Shown: positions 1 through 11,890, numbered from the stretch's first letter. The stretch: 64,000 bases of DNA from Desulfosudaceae bacterium (GCA_963674745.2 CAXXDV010000002.1:32001-96000); one strand, 5' to 3'. The notes: generated by a model not told the origin, from the letters alone. Numbers and translations: made by a program.

Positions 1-3000
1 GGATGCTGCCCTTTCCCGTCTGGTGCTCAAGCTGCTGGCCAAACATCCGGTCGATCGTTATCAGAGCGTGGCCGGACTATTGCGCGATCTGACAGATCTG
101 ATCGATCGGTTTAAAACCGACAATCAGGCACCTGATTTCGTACCGGGTCGTAAGGATGCCTCCCCGGTATTTACCGTGCCTGACAAGATTTATGGCCGGG
201 AGCCGGAGATATCTTTTCTGAGGGCCTGTTTTAACCGGGTGCGCGCGGGAGAAACCTGTGTGGTGATGATTACCGGGGATACCGGGGTGGGGAAAACCGA
301 AGTGGTTCGACAATTGGGCGCATATGTCCGTGAGTCAGGCGGTATTTTTTTGACCGGCAAATATGAGCAGCATCAACAATCCGTTCCCCTTGGCGCGCCC
401 AAGACGGCAATGAACAGTGCCGCCAAATGGTTGTTGAGCCAGAGCCCGGAAAATATCGAAAAATGGCGTCAGAGAATCATGTCGTCCGTTTCTCCCAACG
501 GGCAGGTCCTGGTGGATATGATCCCGGAAATGGAACTGGTCATCGGAAAACAACCGCCTCTTTCCGACCTGCCGCCTATGGAAGCCAGTTTGCGGGTGGC
601 CATGGTCATGGAAAAATTCGGCTCTTTTTTTCTGGAAAAGGAACATCCGGTCGTTTTTTTTATGGATGATATGCAATGGGCCGATAAAGGCAGCCTGTCC
701 CATGGTCTTGCCTTTATGCTGGCCCGTAAACGTCGTTATAACCTGGTCCTGGGAACGTATCGTGATAACGAGATCGACGACGCCCACCCTTTGGCCCGGT
801 TTCTTAAGAAGCTTCGAGCTGCCGGTATACCTGTAGAGACAAGACGGTTGTCTCCCCTTGATATAGACCAGACAACGGCCATGGTCGCGGGTGTGCTCTG
901 TCAGACGGAAAGGCTGGTTGCCCCTCTGGCGAATGTCGTTTTTGAGAAAACCGGCGGCAACCCCTTTTTCATTCGCCAGTTTCTGAGTTCACTACATGCC
1001 GATGAATTGATCCATTATGACATGCATCAGGGGGACTGGACCTGGGATGTGGACCGCATTGCAGTGGCCGACATCACAGACAACGTGGCCCGCCTGGTTT
1101 CCGCGACGATCGACAAACTGCCGACGGCAACCTTGGCGGTCCTGCAGGCGGCCGCCTGCGCGGGCAACCTGATCGATTTGGGTTTATTGGCCCGGGTGTT
1201 ATGCCGGGAGCGGTCCGACATCGAAGCCCATCTGCAGGCAGCTGTGGAGGCCGGCATGTTGCGCCCTTTTAGTGACGCGTCGCCGGTCCGGAAGGTGGAT
1301 GGGAAAGACGTCATTCACATCTGGGAGTTTGCCCATGATCATATCCTTCAGGCGGTTTACCAGACCATTTCCGGGAACCAGGCCCGGGGGCTTCACTGGT
1401 CTATTGGAAAGGCATTGCTGGCAGATGAATTGTCCGGGGCGACCGACAAAAAGATTTTTGATATTGTCCACCAGCTTCAGCGCGGCATGCCGCCGGATCT
1501 GCCATTGGATGAAAAAAACAAGCTGGCCCGCCTCAACCTGACAGCGGGTCAAATCGCCATGGCGTCGGTCGGCTTTGAAGCCGCGGCCCGATATTTTCGT
1601 CAGGCCTGCAGCCTGTTGCCCGCCGATACCTGGAACAGGCACTATGAACTCAGCGCCGACATTCATGCCGGCCTGGCCAAGTGCGATTTTGTACTCGGTG
1701 ATTTCGATTCCTCGGAGCGTCTGTTTGGATTGTTGCTGCAGAAAGCACCTTCGCTGCTGGATCGGGCGGTGGCCTACAATGCCATGATAGAACTCCACAC
1801 GGCTGCCGGGAATATCGACAAGGCCCTTATGCTGGGACGCCGGGCGCTGGATATGCTGGGGATCACCCTTCCACAACGCACCAGCCGCTTCAAGATTTTA
1901 TTGCTTCTGTTCAAACTGCGTTTTGTGTGGGGCTTTCGAAGACTGTCCTCGATAATGGATGTGCCGGAGAACGAGGACGAACTGCTGAACACGACCGAAA
2001 CACTGTTGGCCAATATCGGCTTGCCCACTTTTTATGTCGATCCCCTGCTGTGCCTCTGGATTCTTGCCACCGGGATTCTGATGGGCATTAAAAATCCAAA
2101 GAAAGGCGTTCCCGTTCAGCACGCGCCATTGGGTTTGATCGTTCTGGGGGCCTTTATGGGGTCCATGTTCGGTTTTATCGGCATGGGCAGGCTTTACGCC
2201 AAAGTCGGGATGCGGATGCTTGAACGTCAATCACCGGGCACGCACCGGGCCATTGCTTATTTTGTATCTGCCTATTTCAACCGGCATTGGTACCAGCCGG
2301 CGCGAAAAAATATCGATTCCTTCAAGCGGGCTTATCGTCAGGCCTTAAGGTCCGGCAATGTCAGCTATGCCGGCCTTAGTGTCAACGGGATGCTTATGGT
2401 CCGTCTCTTCCTGGGTGATAATCTGGACGATATCTACACCCATCACAAACGCTATGGAACGTTTATTCGAAATTCCCGTTCTCCTTTTGTCGTGGCCACC
2501 TACACAGTCATTCAACAATTCTATCGAAGTCTCAAAGGATATACGTTTTCTCCTGTCAGCCTGAACGAACCGGGGGTATGACATGGAATCTGAATTCTCG
2601 GCAGCCGTGGACGACGGGAACCTGCTGCTCCAGTTTTTTTTTCCTGCTGTTTCAACTCAAACTTTTTGTGTTTTATCGTCAATGGGATAATGCCGTGGCC
2701 GTGGCTGAAAGAATTCGGACCAAAGGCTACCAGCCGACCGGCACGCTGATTCTGACGGAGTATTATTTTTTTACTTTTTTAAGTGCCATCGCCCTGGTCT
2801 CAGCCGGAACCCCCCTGGAGCAGTCTCTGCGATGCCGACAGCAGGCCGCCTTGTCTATGAAAAAAATGAAGCACTGGCGCCGGTTGCGGCCGGATAATTT
2901 TGAACCCATGTTGCGTTTGATGGAGGCCGAACAGGCCAGAACGGACAGCCGTCCTTCCAAAGTTCTGCAGCGTTACCGGCAGGCGGTGGCCTCGGCCACG

Positions 3001-4476
3001 GCCGGCGGTTACACCCATCTGGTTGCCATGGCCTGTGAATCCGCCGGTAACTTTCTGTCGGCTCATGGGGACAAAATCGCGGCCCGGGCATACCTGGTTG
3101 AGGCCAAAAAAGCCTATGAAGTATGGGGCGCTACGGCAAAAGCCAGGGATATGGAAAAACAGTATGCCGCTGTTTTCTCCGCTGTTCCGGAACGAGCACC
3201 TTCTGTTCTGGAAAGAATGGATCACAATGCCCGTGGTCGATGCCCTGCAGGCGGTTTCTCAGGAGATTGTGGTAAGAAACCTGCTGACCCGTTTGATGGA
3301 GATCACCATGGAAGCCACCGGTGCCAATCGGGCCGTGTTCATCTCCAACAAAAACAATCAGCTTTTTATGGAAGTTGAGCGCCGGAGCGACGAAACCGGT
3401 CAAACACGGCTGAAAGCCGAGCCGTTGCCGCACCAGAAAAAAGAACTGATGCCGTCGGTGGTATATTACGTCAAGCAGACGCAGCAACTGGTTGTCATCA
3501 ATGATGTTAACCGGGCGCCCGTGCCTTTTCATCAAATGGAAGACCGGGTCAATTCACCCCGTTCCCTGGTGTGCATGCCCATGTCCCGGAACAAACGGTT
3601 GGTCGGCATTCTTTATCTTGAGAATACCTTGACCAGCGATGTGTTTACGGATGATCGGATGGAGCTGCTCAAGCTGATTGCTTCCCAGGCGGCAATATCA
3701 TTTGAAAACGCCACCCTTTATGAACATGTGGCGAAAAATGAACAGGAACTCAAACAGCTGTCTGAAAAGTTGCGAAACCTCTACTCAGAACTCATGTTGA
3801 CCGAGGAACGGGAACGCCGCCGCATTGCCACTGAACTCCATGACCGCATCGGCCATTCCCTGGCCGGGGCGAAAATCGGTCTGGGGGTTATGGCCCAGGA
3901 CGCTGACGCCGATCAACGTCAACGACTGGCCGACATCATTGGGATGATCGATCAGTCCATTACCGATACCCGCACCCTGACGTTCGAGCTCAGCCCGCCG
4001 ATTCTCTATCATCTGGGCCTGGGCGCGGCTTTAGACTGGCTTTGTGAAGAAACGCAGAAAAAACATGGCATGAAAGTGATTTTTACCGATACCTTAGAAG
4101 ATGCGCTTATTGATCTAAAAATTGAAGTTCTTTGCTTCCAAATCCTTCGGGAATTAATGTTCAATGCCGTCAAACATTCCCGGGCGCGTCTGATCCGTTT
4201 GACTTTGCGTTCGGGAAAAGAACCGGTTGCACCTGACCATTCAGGACGACGGCATCGGTTTTTGATCTTTCCCGACATGGATCCGGTGATTATATGCCCG
4301 GCAGCGGGTTCGGGCTGTTCAGCATCAATGAGCGCTTAAGGTTGGTGGAAGGGAAAATGAAAATTGATACCGGTGAAAACAAGGGAACATTGATCGAAAT
4401 TGTTTTGCCCCTGAAATCAGCTGATGAAAATCCGTCTGAAGTGGATTTAAATGGCAGGGATCGCCGCCTAGGATAG
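1..4476 (+). CDS. Ser/Thr kinase - AAA ATPase - TPR - GAF - histidine kinase (HisKA_3) hybrid sensor; 5'-truncated by the window; 5 apparent +1 frameshifts
   Basis: Frame open from base 2 (kinase C-terminal motif LLAKHPVDRYQS), Walker A GDTGVGKT, FMDDMQWAD, TGGNPFF, GAF (SLVCMPM...GILYLEN), H-box ERERRRIATELHD, N-box ELMFNAVKHS, and G-boxes QDDGIGF / GSGFGL recovered across frameshifts. Joins ORFs 23..2581, 2578..3378, 3023..4339 and 4294..4476. Confidence 0.85.
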
Positions 4477-4506
4477 TAACCGGTAGGTTAAATTAAAGGA
4501 GGGATC

Positions 4507-5157
4507 ATGATTTCAGTCCTTGTCGCAGATGACCACGCCATCATTCGTGACGGTGTCTGCAGCCTGCTGGAAGATATTCCCGGTTTGAGAGTGGTCGGGC
4601 AGGCCGAAAACGGCCGTAAAGCCCTGGATCTTGCCGTCGAACTAAAGCCGGATATCATCATTATGGATATCAGCATGCCCGAATTAAACGGCTTTGAAGC
4701 CGCCCGTCAGATTCGGGAGGAGGTGCCCGGGACAAAGATTATCGCACTCTCCATGTACGCTGAAAAACGTTATGTGCTGGGGATGTTGAAGGCCGGTGTG
4801 TCCGGTTATCTGATCAAGGATTGCGCCTTTCAGGAGTTGGCCGAAGCCATTAGCGTTGTGCACCGCGGGGAAACCTATCTGAGTCCCAAGATAGCCGATA
4901 CCGTTCGCAAGGCCCTGCTGGACAGTATTGAAAAAACCCCGGTGACGTTGTCCGAGGAACTGACTGAAAGGGAACGGCAGGTGTTGCAGCTCATGGCCGA
5001 AGGCGTGAAGACCCGCGATATTGCCGAAGAACTTCATATCAGCGTTAAGACAGTGGAAACTTATCGCGGCAGTATTATGAGGAAACTGAATCTGTACAGC
5101 GTTGCCGAACTAACCAAATTTGCCGTTCGCGAGGGTTTGACGCCGCTTGAGAAATAA
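4507..5157 (+). CDS. NarL/FixJ-family response regulator (REC + LuxR HTH)
   Basis: VLVADDH, IIMDISMP, LTERERQVLQLMAEG...ISVKTVETYR; directly follows a HisKA_3 kinase; AGGAGG RBS. Confidence 0.93.
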   Translation: MISVLVADDHAIIRDGVCSLLEDIPGLRVVGQAENGRKALDLAVELKPDIIIMDISMPELNGFEAARQIREEVPGTKIIALSMYAEKRYVLGMLKAGVSGYLIKDCAFQELAEAISVVHRGETYLSPKIADTVRKALLDSIEKTPVTLSEELTERERQVLQLMAEGVKTRDIAEELHISVKTVETYRGSIMRKLNLYSVAELTKFAVREGLTPLEK

Positions 5158-5189
5158 TCAAAACTTGGACGGACTTTTTTACGAAACCA

Positions 5190-6047
5190 TCATTTTCTGG
5201 CGTGATCCTCGATCCAGTCGGCCACCAGGTGAAGTACCGGCTCCCGTTTTTCCGGGGGCTCGTTCATGGTTTCGTGGCGCAACCCCTCAAAAATTTTCAT
5301 CGTTTTGTCCGGACTGGCCGCCTGTTCGAAAAACCGTCGACTTCCCTCGGCTGAGACAATGACATCGTTGGCGCCGTGAAACACCAGCAGGGGCAGGGTG
5401 ATGTCCGGTGCCCGATCCAGGCATTGGCCGGTGGCGGTAAGGAATTCAGTGAGCCATTGAAATGTGATCTTGTCGTGTACCAGAGGGTCCTGTAAGTAGG
5501 CCATCACCGTTTCCTGGTCTGAGGACAAGTTGTCAGGATTGAGGTTGTTGCTCCGGGAGGCCCGGGGCATGAACCTGACCAGCATATTTGCGATCAGTCG
5601 TTGAATGAAAGATACCGGTATGGTGGGTTCAAAACCCGGAGAAGAGAGTATCAGGGCGTCGATATCGCCTGGAAAAGTCAATGCGTGAAAGGCCGCAATC
5701 ACCCCCCCCATGCTGTGCCCCAGCAGGATTAGCGGCAGATCCGGAAATTCGGGCCGGATCAGGGTGGTGATATACTGGTTGATGTCCTGGCAGTATTCGG
5801 AAAACCGCTCTGTGTGGCCCCGTTTCCCGCCTGATTTTCCATGGCCTTTATGATCCAGGGCAAAAAATGAGATTTGCCGGTCCCGCATCTCATTGATAAG
5901 ATGTTTATATCGCCCTGAATGCTCACCCAGTCCGTGACATAAAAAGACAAGTCCCCGGGGTGCTTCCACGGCCCAGCTTCTGTAAAAGATCCGGATGTTA
6001 TCCTTGTTCAGAAATACCCCCATGCTGTGCTGGTAGCCTTTCTGCAT
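5190..6047 (-). CDS. alpha/beta hydrolase, lysophospholipase/monoacylglycerol lipase family
   Basis: HGLGEHSGRY, DHKGHGKS, nucleophile GHSMGG, HGANDVIV, GLRHE. Confidence 0.9.
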   Translation of the reverse strand: MQKGYQHSMGVFLNKDNIRIFYRSWAVEAPRGLVFLCHGLGEHSGRYKHLINEMRDRQISFFALDHKGHGKSGGKRGHTERFSEYCQDINQYITTLIRPEFPDLPLILLGHSMGGVIAAFHALTFPGDIDALILSSPGFEPTIPVSFIQRLIANMLVRFMPRASRSNNLNPDNLSSDQETVMAYLQDPLVHDKITFQWLTEFLTATGQCLDRAPDITLPLLVFHGANDVIVSAEGSRRFFEQAASPDKTMKIFEGLRHETMNEPPEKREPVLHLVADWIEDHARK

Positions 6048-6304
6048 CGTGCTATTCTCCTTTGTATGTTTTTATGTTTATTATAAAGGATGTCCTTGAC
6101 GATACAAAAGAAATTTTATAAACAAAAGATATTCCGACGTTTAAAGGAGACAAACGCACCGGTTAACGTGAATTCCCCAAGGTATTTTCCACAATAACAG
6201 TTGAATACGGCGTCCCGGGTCGGCTATAAAAATAATGATGCCTTAAGGGCTTTTTTATAACGATTTATTATTATATAATATTTAAGTTGTGATGGGGGGG
6301 GCGT

Positions 6305-6867
6305 ATGGCGATTACGGTCAAGGGAACGGTGTTAACCGATCTGGTCAAGATTGTCCGTAAGGAACGGCAACTGGGCTGGGACGATTACCTGCAGCCGGAG
6401 GACTGGGATATCATCAACGGAGATATCCTGGCCACCCAGTGGTATCCGGGTGATTTTTTTACCGGCTTTCTTATGCCGTGTACAAGGTGGTCGGCCATTC
6501 TGATCTGAACATCTGTTTTGCATTCGGAAAGATTGCCGTCCATAACATGATCGAAATATACAAGAACATACTTGTCCCCGGGGATCCGGCCGTCAGTATG
6601 GAACGCTTTATCACCCGCCGAAAATCTTTTTTCAGGGGGGATTACTCCAGCGCTGAAACCGGTGAACTCAAAAACGGTCAAGGCTGGCTGACGTTTCTTT
6701 ATACCAATGCCGAACCGAGCGTAAAAGGGGGGGAAGTCGCCGGGGTGATTGCCCATTCAGTCGCCGGCGCACTGGCTGAACTGGCCGATCTGACCGGCGG
6801 CCGGAATGTCTTTTCCAACGTGGTTCAGAAGGGCGAGTATTTCGAGATCAAGATCAAGTGGGATTAG
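6305..6867 (+). CDS. Hypothetical protein (possibly DUF2378/V4R-like) split by a -1 frameshift
   Basis: ORFs 6305..6508 and 6478..6867 join if the T7 run at 6454-6460 is T8 (...WYPGDFFYRLSYAVYKVVG...). Confidence 0.55.
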
Positions 6868-6961
6868 CCCGAATATTACCAACTCGTGGGATGTCCGGGG
6901 AAGGCTTGGCCCGAACGGGTTTGGGATACCGCCGGCATTTGACTTAACGCCATTTAAGGTA

Positions 6962-8377
6962 CTATTTTTTGCCCGATTGCCGTCTGAAGGCATCCGCCCG
7001 AATATTATAACGCCGCATAATCTGCTGCAACGCCTGGCGTTCCAGACCGCATTCTCTGGCCGCCTGGGTGACGTTTCCGCCAGTTTTTTCCAGAAGATGA
7101 CCGATATAATCATTGTTGAACATTACCAGGGCTGATTCCTTGGCACCCTTGTAGGGAAGGCCCTGGAAAGAGCCCGGACCGGACGAAGGCGCTGCCGGCG
7201 CCTGTTTGTTTTTTAATTCAATGTCTTTCGATGTTATCTGATCTGTTTTCGAGAACATGATACCTTGAACAATAACGTTTTCCAGCTCGCGGATATTTCC
7301 CGGCCAGGAATAATCCATGAATAAACGGCGCAGTTCAGTAGAAATCTGTTTCTGCGGCTTATTAAGTTTGGCGCAGTGCTTTTCCAGCAGGTGGCTGATC
7401 AGCAGCGAAATATCCCCCTGTCTTTCTCTTAGTGGCGGCAGGTGAACGGGCAGGACATTGAGTCGGAAGAAAAAGTCTTCACGGAATTCACCTTTGCTGA
7501 TTTTTTCTTTCAGGTCCTGATTGGTGGAGGCGATGATACGGACATCCACCTTGATGGTAGCTGTATCGCCCAGGGGCTTGATCTCTTTCTCCTGTAAAAC
7601 GCGCAACAGTTTCGTCTGGATGGTGGGGCTGATATCACCGATTTCATCCAGGAAGATGGATCCTTTATGCGCTTCCTGGAACATGCCCCGCTTATTACCT
7701 GTGGCATGGGTAAAGGCGCCTTTTTTGTATCCGAAAAGTTCACTTTCCAGGATCTGCTCCGGTACGGTGGGGCAGTTTACCGGAACAAAGGGGGCTTTTG
7801 AGCGGTTGCTGAGGGCGTGGATGGCTTTTGCCGTCAGGTCTTTACCGGTTCCGGATTCCCCGGTAATCAATACCGTCAGGTCGGTATTGGCCACCATGTG
7901 GATGGTTTCGAAAACCCGTTGCATGGGCGGACTTTGCCCGACGATATTCTGAAAGACATGAACGTTTTCACATACTTTTTTCAGCCGCGTGTTTTCCCTG
8001 ATCAAAGAGCTGCGTTCCAGCGCTTTCTCCAGCCTGACAAGCAGTGAGTCATGGTCAAAGGGCTTGGTGATAAAATCATAAGCCCCCATTTTGATCGCTT
8101 CCACGGCTGTGTCAATAGAACCGTGGGCCGTCATCATCACCACCGTCAGGTCGGGCATATTTTCTTTTATTCTGTGGAGCAGGGCCAATCCGTCCATTCC
8201 CGGCATTTTGATGTCGGCCAGAACCAGGTCAAAATGGTCCTCATCAATTTTTTCCAATGCGGCCTTACCCGAGGAAGCTGTTTCCACCCGGCAGTTTAAA
8301 TCCGGCTCCAGGGCGCGTTTTAACAGGTGCAGCATATCGGTTTCGTCATCAACAATCAGTATGGATTTAAGACTCAT
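6962..8377 (-). CDS. NtrC-family sigma54-dependent response regulator
   Basis: REC domain, GESGTGKD, ELFGYKKGAFTHA, LDEIGD, WPGNIREL, C-terminal Fis HTH. Confidence 0.95.
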   Translation of the reverse strand: MSLKSILIVDDETDMLHLLKRALEPDLNCRVETASSGKAALEKIDEDHFDLVLADIKMPGMDGLALLHRIKENMPDLTVVMMTAHGSIDTAVEAIKMGAYDFITKPFDHDSLLVRLEKALERSSLIRENTRLKKVCENVHVFQNIVGQSPPMQRVFETIHMVANTDLTVLITGESGTGKDLTAKAIHALSNRSKAPFVPVNCPTVPEQILESELFGYKKGAFTHATGNKRGMFQEAHKGSIFLDEIGDISPTIQTKLLRVLQEKEIKPLGDTATIKVDVRIIASTNQDLKEKISKGEFREDFFFRLNVLPVHLPPLRERQGDISLLISHLLEKHCAKLNKPQKQISTELRRLFMDYSWPGNIRELENVIVQGIMFSKTDQITSKDIELKNKQAPAAPSSGPGSFQGLPYKGAKESALVMFNNDYIGHLLEKTGGNVTQAARECGLERQALQQIMRRYNIRADAFRRQSGKK

Positions 8378-9531
8378 TCCGGCTCCTCGTCTCCGGTTAA
8401 CATCGGCAGGGTAATGATAAATTCCGTGCCATGTTCCGGTTCGCTTGAGACTTCAATCTGTCCGCCATGGCTTTGAATGATACCATAGCTGACCGCCAGG
8501 CCAAGTCCGGTACCTTCTCCGGTTGGCTTGGTGGTAAAAAAAGGGTCGAAAATCCGGCTTAAGTTTTCTTTTTCAATACCGTATCCGTCATCCCTGATAC
8601 GGATTTGTACCTGACAGTTGTCGGCGTCGTAGACGGTGCCGATGACAATGGTGCCCCTGTTGCCGGTGGCATGCTGAGCGTTCATCAGCAGGTTCATCAG
8701 TACCTGTTTTATTTTTTCACCATCCAGGATTACCGCCGGTGTGTTCTGGTCATATTCTTTTATAATCGAAACTGCGTCCTGTTTTGACCGTCGCTGGATA
8801 AAGGCCAGTACATCATCGATCAGGTCGTTCAACCGGACGCGGCTCTGTTCCGGTTTTGAACTCCTGGCAAAGTTTAACAGGTCTTCAACAATCGCTTTAC
8901 AGGCTTTGACATGTTTTTCGATGACTTTCAGGTCCTCGTGTTTCTGAGAACCCGGTTCTTCGTTACGCGAGAGCAGCTGCGTATATCCCAGAATAATGCC
9001 CAGTGGATTATTGATTTCATGGGCGATACCCGATGAAAGCTGGCCGATGGAGGCCAGTTTGTCCGCTTGGGCGATCTGCTTTTCAGAACGGGCCAGGGCC
9101 CTGGTTCGCTCGACAACTCTTTTTTCAAGCGTTTCATTCAGATCAAGGACCCGGTCATGGGCCTGGATCAGGGCGGCCTGGTCATCTGAAATCTGATGGT
9201 AGATCTGCCACACCCTTTCGAAAAACAGGGTAATCGCCGCTACGATGATCAGCAGGAATGTGTTGACGCCGCCGCTGTATGGGCTGATCATGGCCCAGGC
9301 TTCCGGATTGCCCGACATGATCAGCAGCTGTTTGAGAATATGGCCGGCTGATCGTGAAACGGCGAATCCGCAAAGACAGTAGGAAACCCATGACAGGTAA
9401 GTCCAGATAACGTTTTCAGGGGCATTGCGGCTTAACTGGCGGACATGCAATATGCATAAAAAAGAGAGTACAATCATGCAGACGGCCCCTGCCGTATCCA
9501 CAAACCATATGGGTAGTGAGCTGATTGTCAT
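8374..9531 (-). CDS. Membrane sensor histidine kinase (NtrB-like)
   Basis: N-terminal TM helices, IAHEINNPL, NLLMNA, DDGYGI, FDPFFTTKPTGEGTGLGL; start placed at ATG 9531, which overlaps the upstream stop (ATGA). Confidence 0.92.
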   Translation of the reverse strand: MTISSLPIWFVDTAGAVCMIVLSFLCILHVRQLSRNAPENVIWTYLSWVSYCLCGFAVSRSAGHILKQLLIMSGNPEAWAMISPYSGGVNTFLLIIVAAITLFFERVWQIYHQISDDQAALIQAHDRVLDLNETLEKRVVERTRALARSEKQIAQADKLASIGQLSSGIAHEINNPLGIILGYTQLLSRNEEPGSQKHEDLKVIEKHVKACKAIVEDLLNFARSSKPEQSRVRLNDLIDDVLAFIQRRSKQDAVSIIKEYDQNTPAVILDGEKIKQVLMNLLMNAQHATGNRGTIVIGTVYDADNCQVQIRIRDDGYGIEKENLSRIFDPFFTTKPTGEGTGLGLAVSYGIIQSHGGQIEVSSEPEHGTEFIITLPMLTGDEEPE

Positions 9532-10013
9532 TCTTTGTTTTCCCCGTGGTCCTGTAGAGAATGTGGGGCGGCTTTGGCGGTTGCGTTCAGGCGCCTTAAC
9601 CCCAGGTACATGCACAGCAATGCCGGCACACACCAGAGATGATCCATTTTGGCCAGGTAGTAGATCAGGGCGGCAAACAGGCTCTTTGCTTGAATATGCA
9701 CCTGCCAGGGCCCGGTTTGCGTCATATGGACCCAGTGATAATGCTCATCCATCAAGTGGGTTGCAAAGGCGTCTATTGTCCATATCATGAACAGGGCCGC
9801 AGCATACTGGATATATCGCCAGCCGATTTCTCGGTCCAACCTGCGGCCCCTGATCCAGTAGATCAGCAATCCCATGGAAAGAAGAAAAAAAACATGGGAA
9901 AACTGATGTACAATCAGCCCTTCAGGATCGCCGTGGGTCTGCGTCGCGCCGGCCGGCACGGCGACCATCAGCAGGGCCGGTAACATGATGGCCAGTATTA
10001 ATTTGCGTTTCAC
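9528..10013 (-). CDS. His-containing membrane protein, hypothetical
   Basis: Signal-like N-terminus plus about 3 TM segments; translationally coupled to the kinase. Confidence 0.7.
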   Translation of the reverse strand: MKRKLILAIMLPALLMVAVPAGATQTHGDPEGLIVHQFSHVFFLLSMGLLIYWIRGRRLDREIGWRYIQYAAALFMIWTIDAFATHLMDEHYHWVHMTQTGPWQVHIQAKSLFAALIYYLAKMDHLWCVPALLCMYLGLRRLNATAKAAPHSLQDHGENKE

Positions 10014-10027
10014 GGATTTTTTTCCGG

Positions 10028-10597
10028 TTACCGGTTCTTATCGACGCTTTCCGGTATCAGGTCGGCCAGCGTCATCATTTTTTCCACAGGTTTGCCTTCA
10101 TTCCGGCCGGCGGATTCCGGAACCGGGATCTGCCGTTTGATGGATGAAAAAAGCATATTGGCCAGGATATAAAGCGGTATAAAGGTTGCCAGGTATCCGA
10201 CCGAATAGCCGGTTGTCGAAAATGGGAACACGACCTCGGAAAATCGCAAGTCCAGCCAGGCCAGTGCAAACGGCACCGGCCAGAGGGTAGACATGCCCAT
10301 GGCGATTTGTCCGAAAAAGTACTTTCCGAAGGCATCATTGGCTTCTTTGTTGCAGGCCTTGTAGGCGGCCTTGTTTTTGAAAGAAAGCGCTTTTAAGGAA
10401 AGGTTGTGCATATGGACCATTTCCCGTTGGTTGGCGTAAATCCATTTTCGGTTCCACCCGGCCAGCAGGCCGTGAGTCATCCGGCCGATCAGGACACAGA
10501 ACAGGGATAGACAGAACGTGCCGAAGAGATATCCGAAGATCGGCGTCTCGAACACCCGGTAGAAAGAGATTAAAAACATATCAATATAATAGATCAT
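10028..10597 (-). CDS. Hypothetical membrane protein
   Basis: 189-aa ORF with about 3 hydrophobic segments, inside the operon. Confidence 0.7.
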   Translation of the reverse strand: MIYYIDMFLISFYRVFETPIFGYLFGTFCLSLFCVLIGRMTHGLLAGWNRKWIYANQREMVHMHNLSLKALSFKNKAAYKACNKEANDAFGKYFFGQIAMGMSTLWPVPFALAWLDLRFSEVVFPFSTTGYSVGYLATFIPLYILANMLFSSIKRQIPVPESAGRNEGKPVEKMMTLADLIPESVDKNR

Positions 10598-10664
10598 GGT
10601 TTGGCCTGATTATGATATCGTCAAAATAGCGTTAAATGGTTAAAAAATCAACATTTGCCCTCTT

Positions 10665-11828
10665 TTAGAACGGGGGAACCACGCTGAATCCCAAAAATCC
10701 TTTGGTGGTGTATCGTAGGCCGACATATAGGGCGAGCACGACAAAAAGCCGTTTCAACCAGATATCGGGAATATATTTAGATGTACGGGGGCCGATCATG
10801 GAACCGACAAAAACACCCACCAGTTCGATCCCGATCAGGGGCCAGAAAACCGGTACGCCTTTCATCACCATGTAAGTGAAAATACTGGTGACCATGCCCA
10901 CCAGAACCGCCAGTGAAGATGTCCCGGCCACCAGAAACATGGGCAGGCCGGCAATGCTGGTCAAAAACGGAACAAACAGGAAGCCGCCGCCCACACCAAG
11001 AAAAGAAGCGATGGCGGCAATGATAAACCCCCCGATGACCGGGATGATCGGTTTGAAGCTGAACTCCACACCGTAGAATGAAAACCGAACTTTTTTCAGA
11101 GACCACTCGATGACCTTGACGCCGCTGTCTTCCGGGTTTACCGAGGCGCTTTTTTTAATGTGAGCGTTTTCAAACGCTTCAGCCGCCGCCTTGGCTTCTT
11201 TTTTCCGCCCCTGGCCTCTCGGTGTGGTTTCATAGAACAGGAACCCTCCGAGGACAAAAACAATGATGCCGAAATAGCCGAGATAGGCTTTTAAGGAAAT
11301 TTTGCCGGCGGTAATAATGGGGATCAGGTAGCTGCCGGTGACAGAGCCGATGGCCAGGGCAATCCCTAAAGGAAGGACCAGTCGGCCCATCCGGTAATAA
11401 TTGAGGCTGCCGACCAGGGCGCTTAATCCTCCCATCCACTGGTTGGACACCCGGATGCTGTCGGTGATCATTTTGTTGAGCACGGGCGATGTTTCTTGAA
11501 ACGTTTTGCCGTAATCGGCCAGCCCGAAAACCGTAATATGCCCCACGCCTGACATAATACCGCCGAATGCGCCAACGGTAGAAAAAATCCAGCCCACCCA
11601 GACGGCCCACAAAAAGGCGATCACAAGGCCGGGATCCGGCGCGCCGGGAATACCCAGAAATCCTGTCGGTGCGGTGGTGTCGATTTCACCGGCACCGGTA
11701 CCTGTCGGGGTTGCCGCGATGGCCGCCTCTAGTGATTCGGCCTGTGTGGTGGCCGGTAAAACAAGTGGTGTGATGATCATCATCAATAATATGCCCATAA
11801 AAATCATTTTGTTTTGGCTTTTACTCAC
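10665..11828 (-). CDS. TauE/SafE-family (sulfite exporter, TSUP) membrane protein
   Basis: Multiple TM helices with the repeated motifs VGAFGGIM and FLGVGGGFLFVPFL...VAGTS; GGAGG RBS. Confidence 0.85.
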   Translation of the reverse strand: MSKSQNKMIFMGILLMMIITPLVLPATTQAESLEAAIAATPTGTGAGEIDTTAPTGFLGIPGAPDPGLVIAFLWAVWVGWIFSTVGAFGGIMSGVGHITVFGLADYGKTFQETSPVLNKMITDSIRVSNQWMGGLSALVGSLNYYRMGRLVLPLGIALAIGSVTGSYLIPIITAGKISLKAYLGYFGIIVFVLGGFLFYETTPRGQGRKKEAKAAAEAFENAHIKKSASVNPEDSGVKVIEWSLKKVRFSFYGVEFSFKPIIPVIGGFIIAAIASFLGVGGGFLFVPFLTSIAGLPMFLVAGTSSLAVLVGMVTSIFTYMVMKGVPVFWPLIGIELVGVFVGSMIGPRTSKYIPDIWLKRLFVVLALYVGLRYTTKGFLGFSVVPPF

Positions 11829-11890
11829 GGATAGCCTCCTTCAATTAATGGAAAATTATTTGCCAAAAATACTTTTGCTTAAAATGGAGA

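Noticed and set aside
9532..9633. Longer N-terminus for the histidine kinase
   Set aside because: It overlaps the upstream gene; ATGA coupling at 9528-9531 is more plausible
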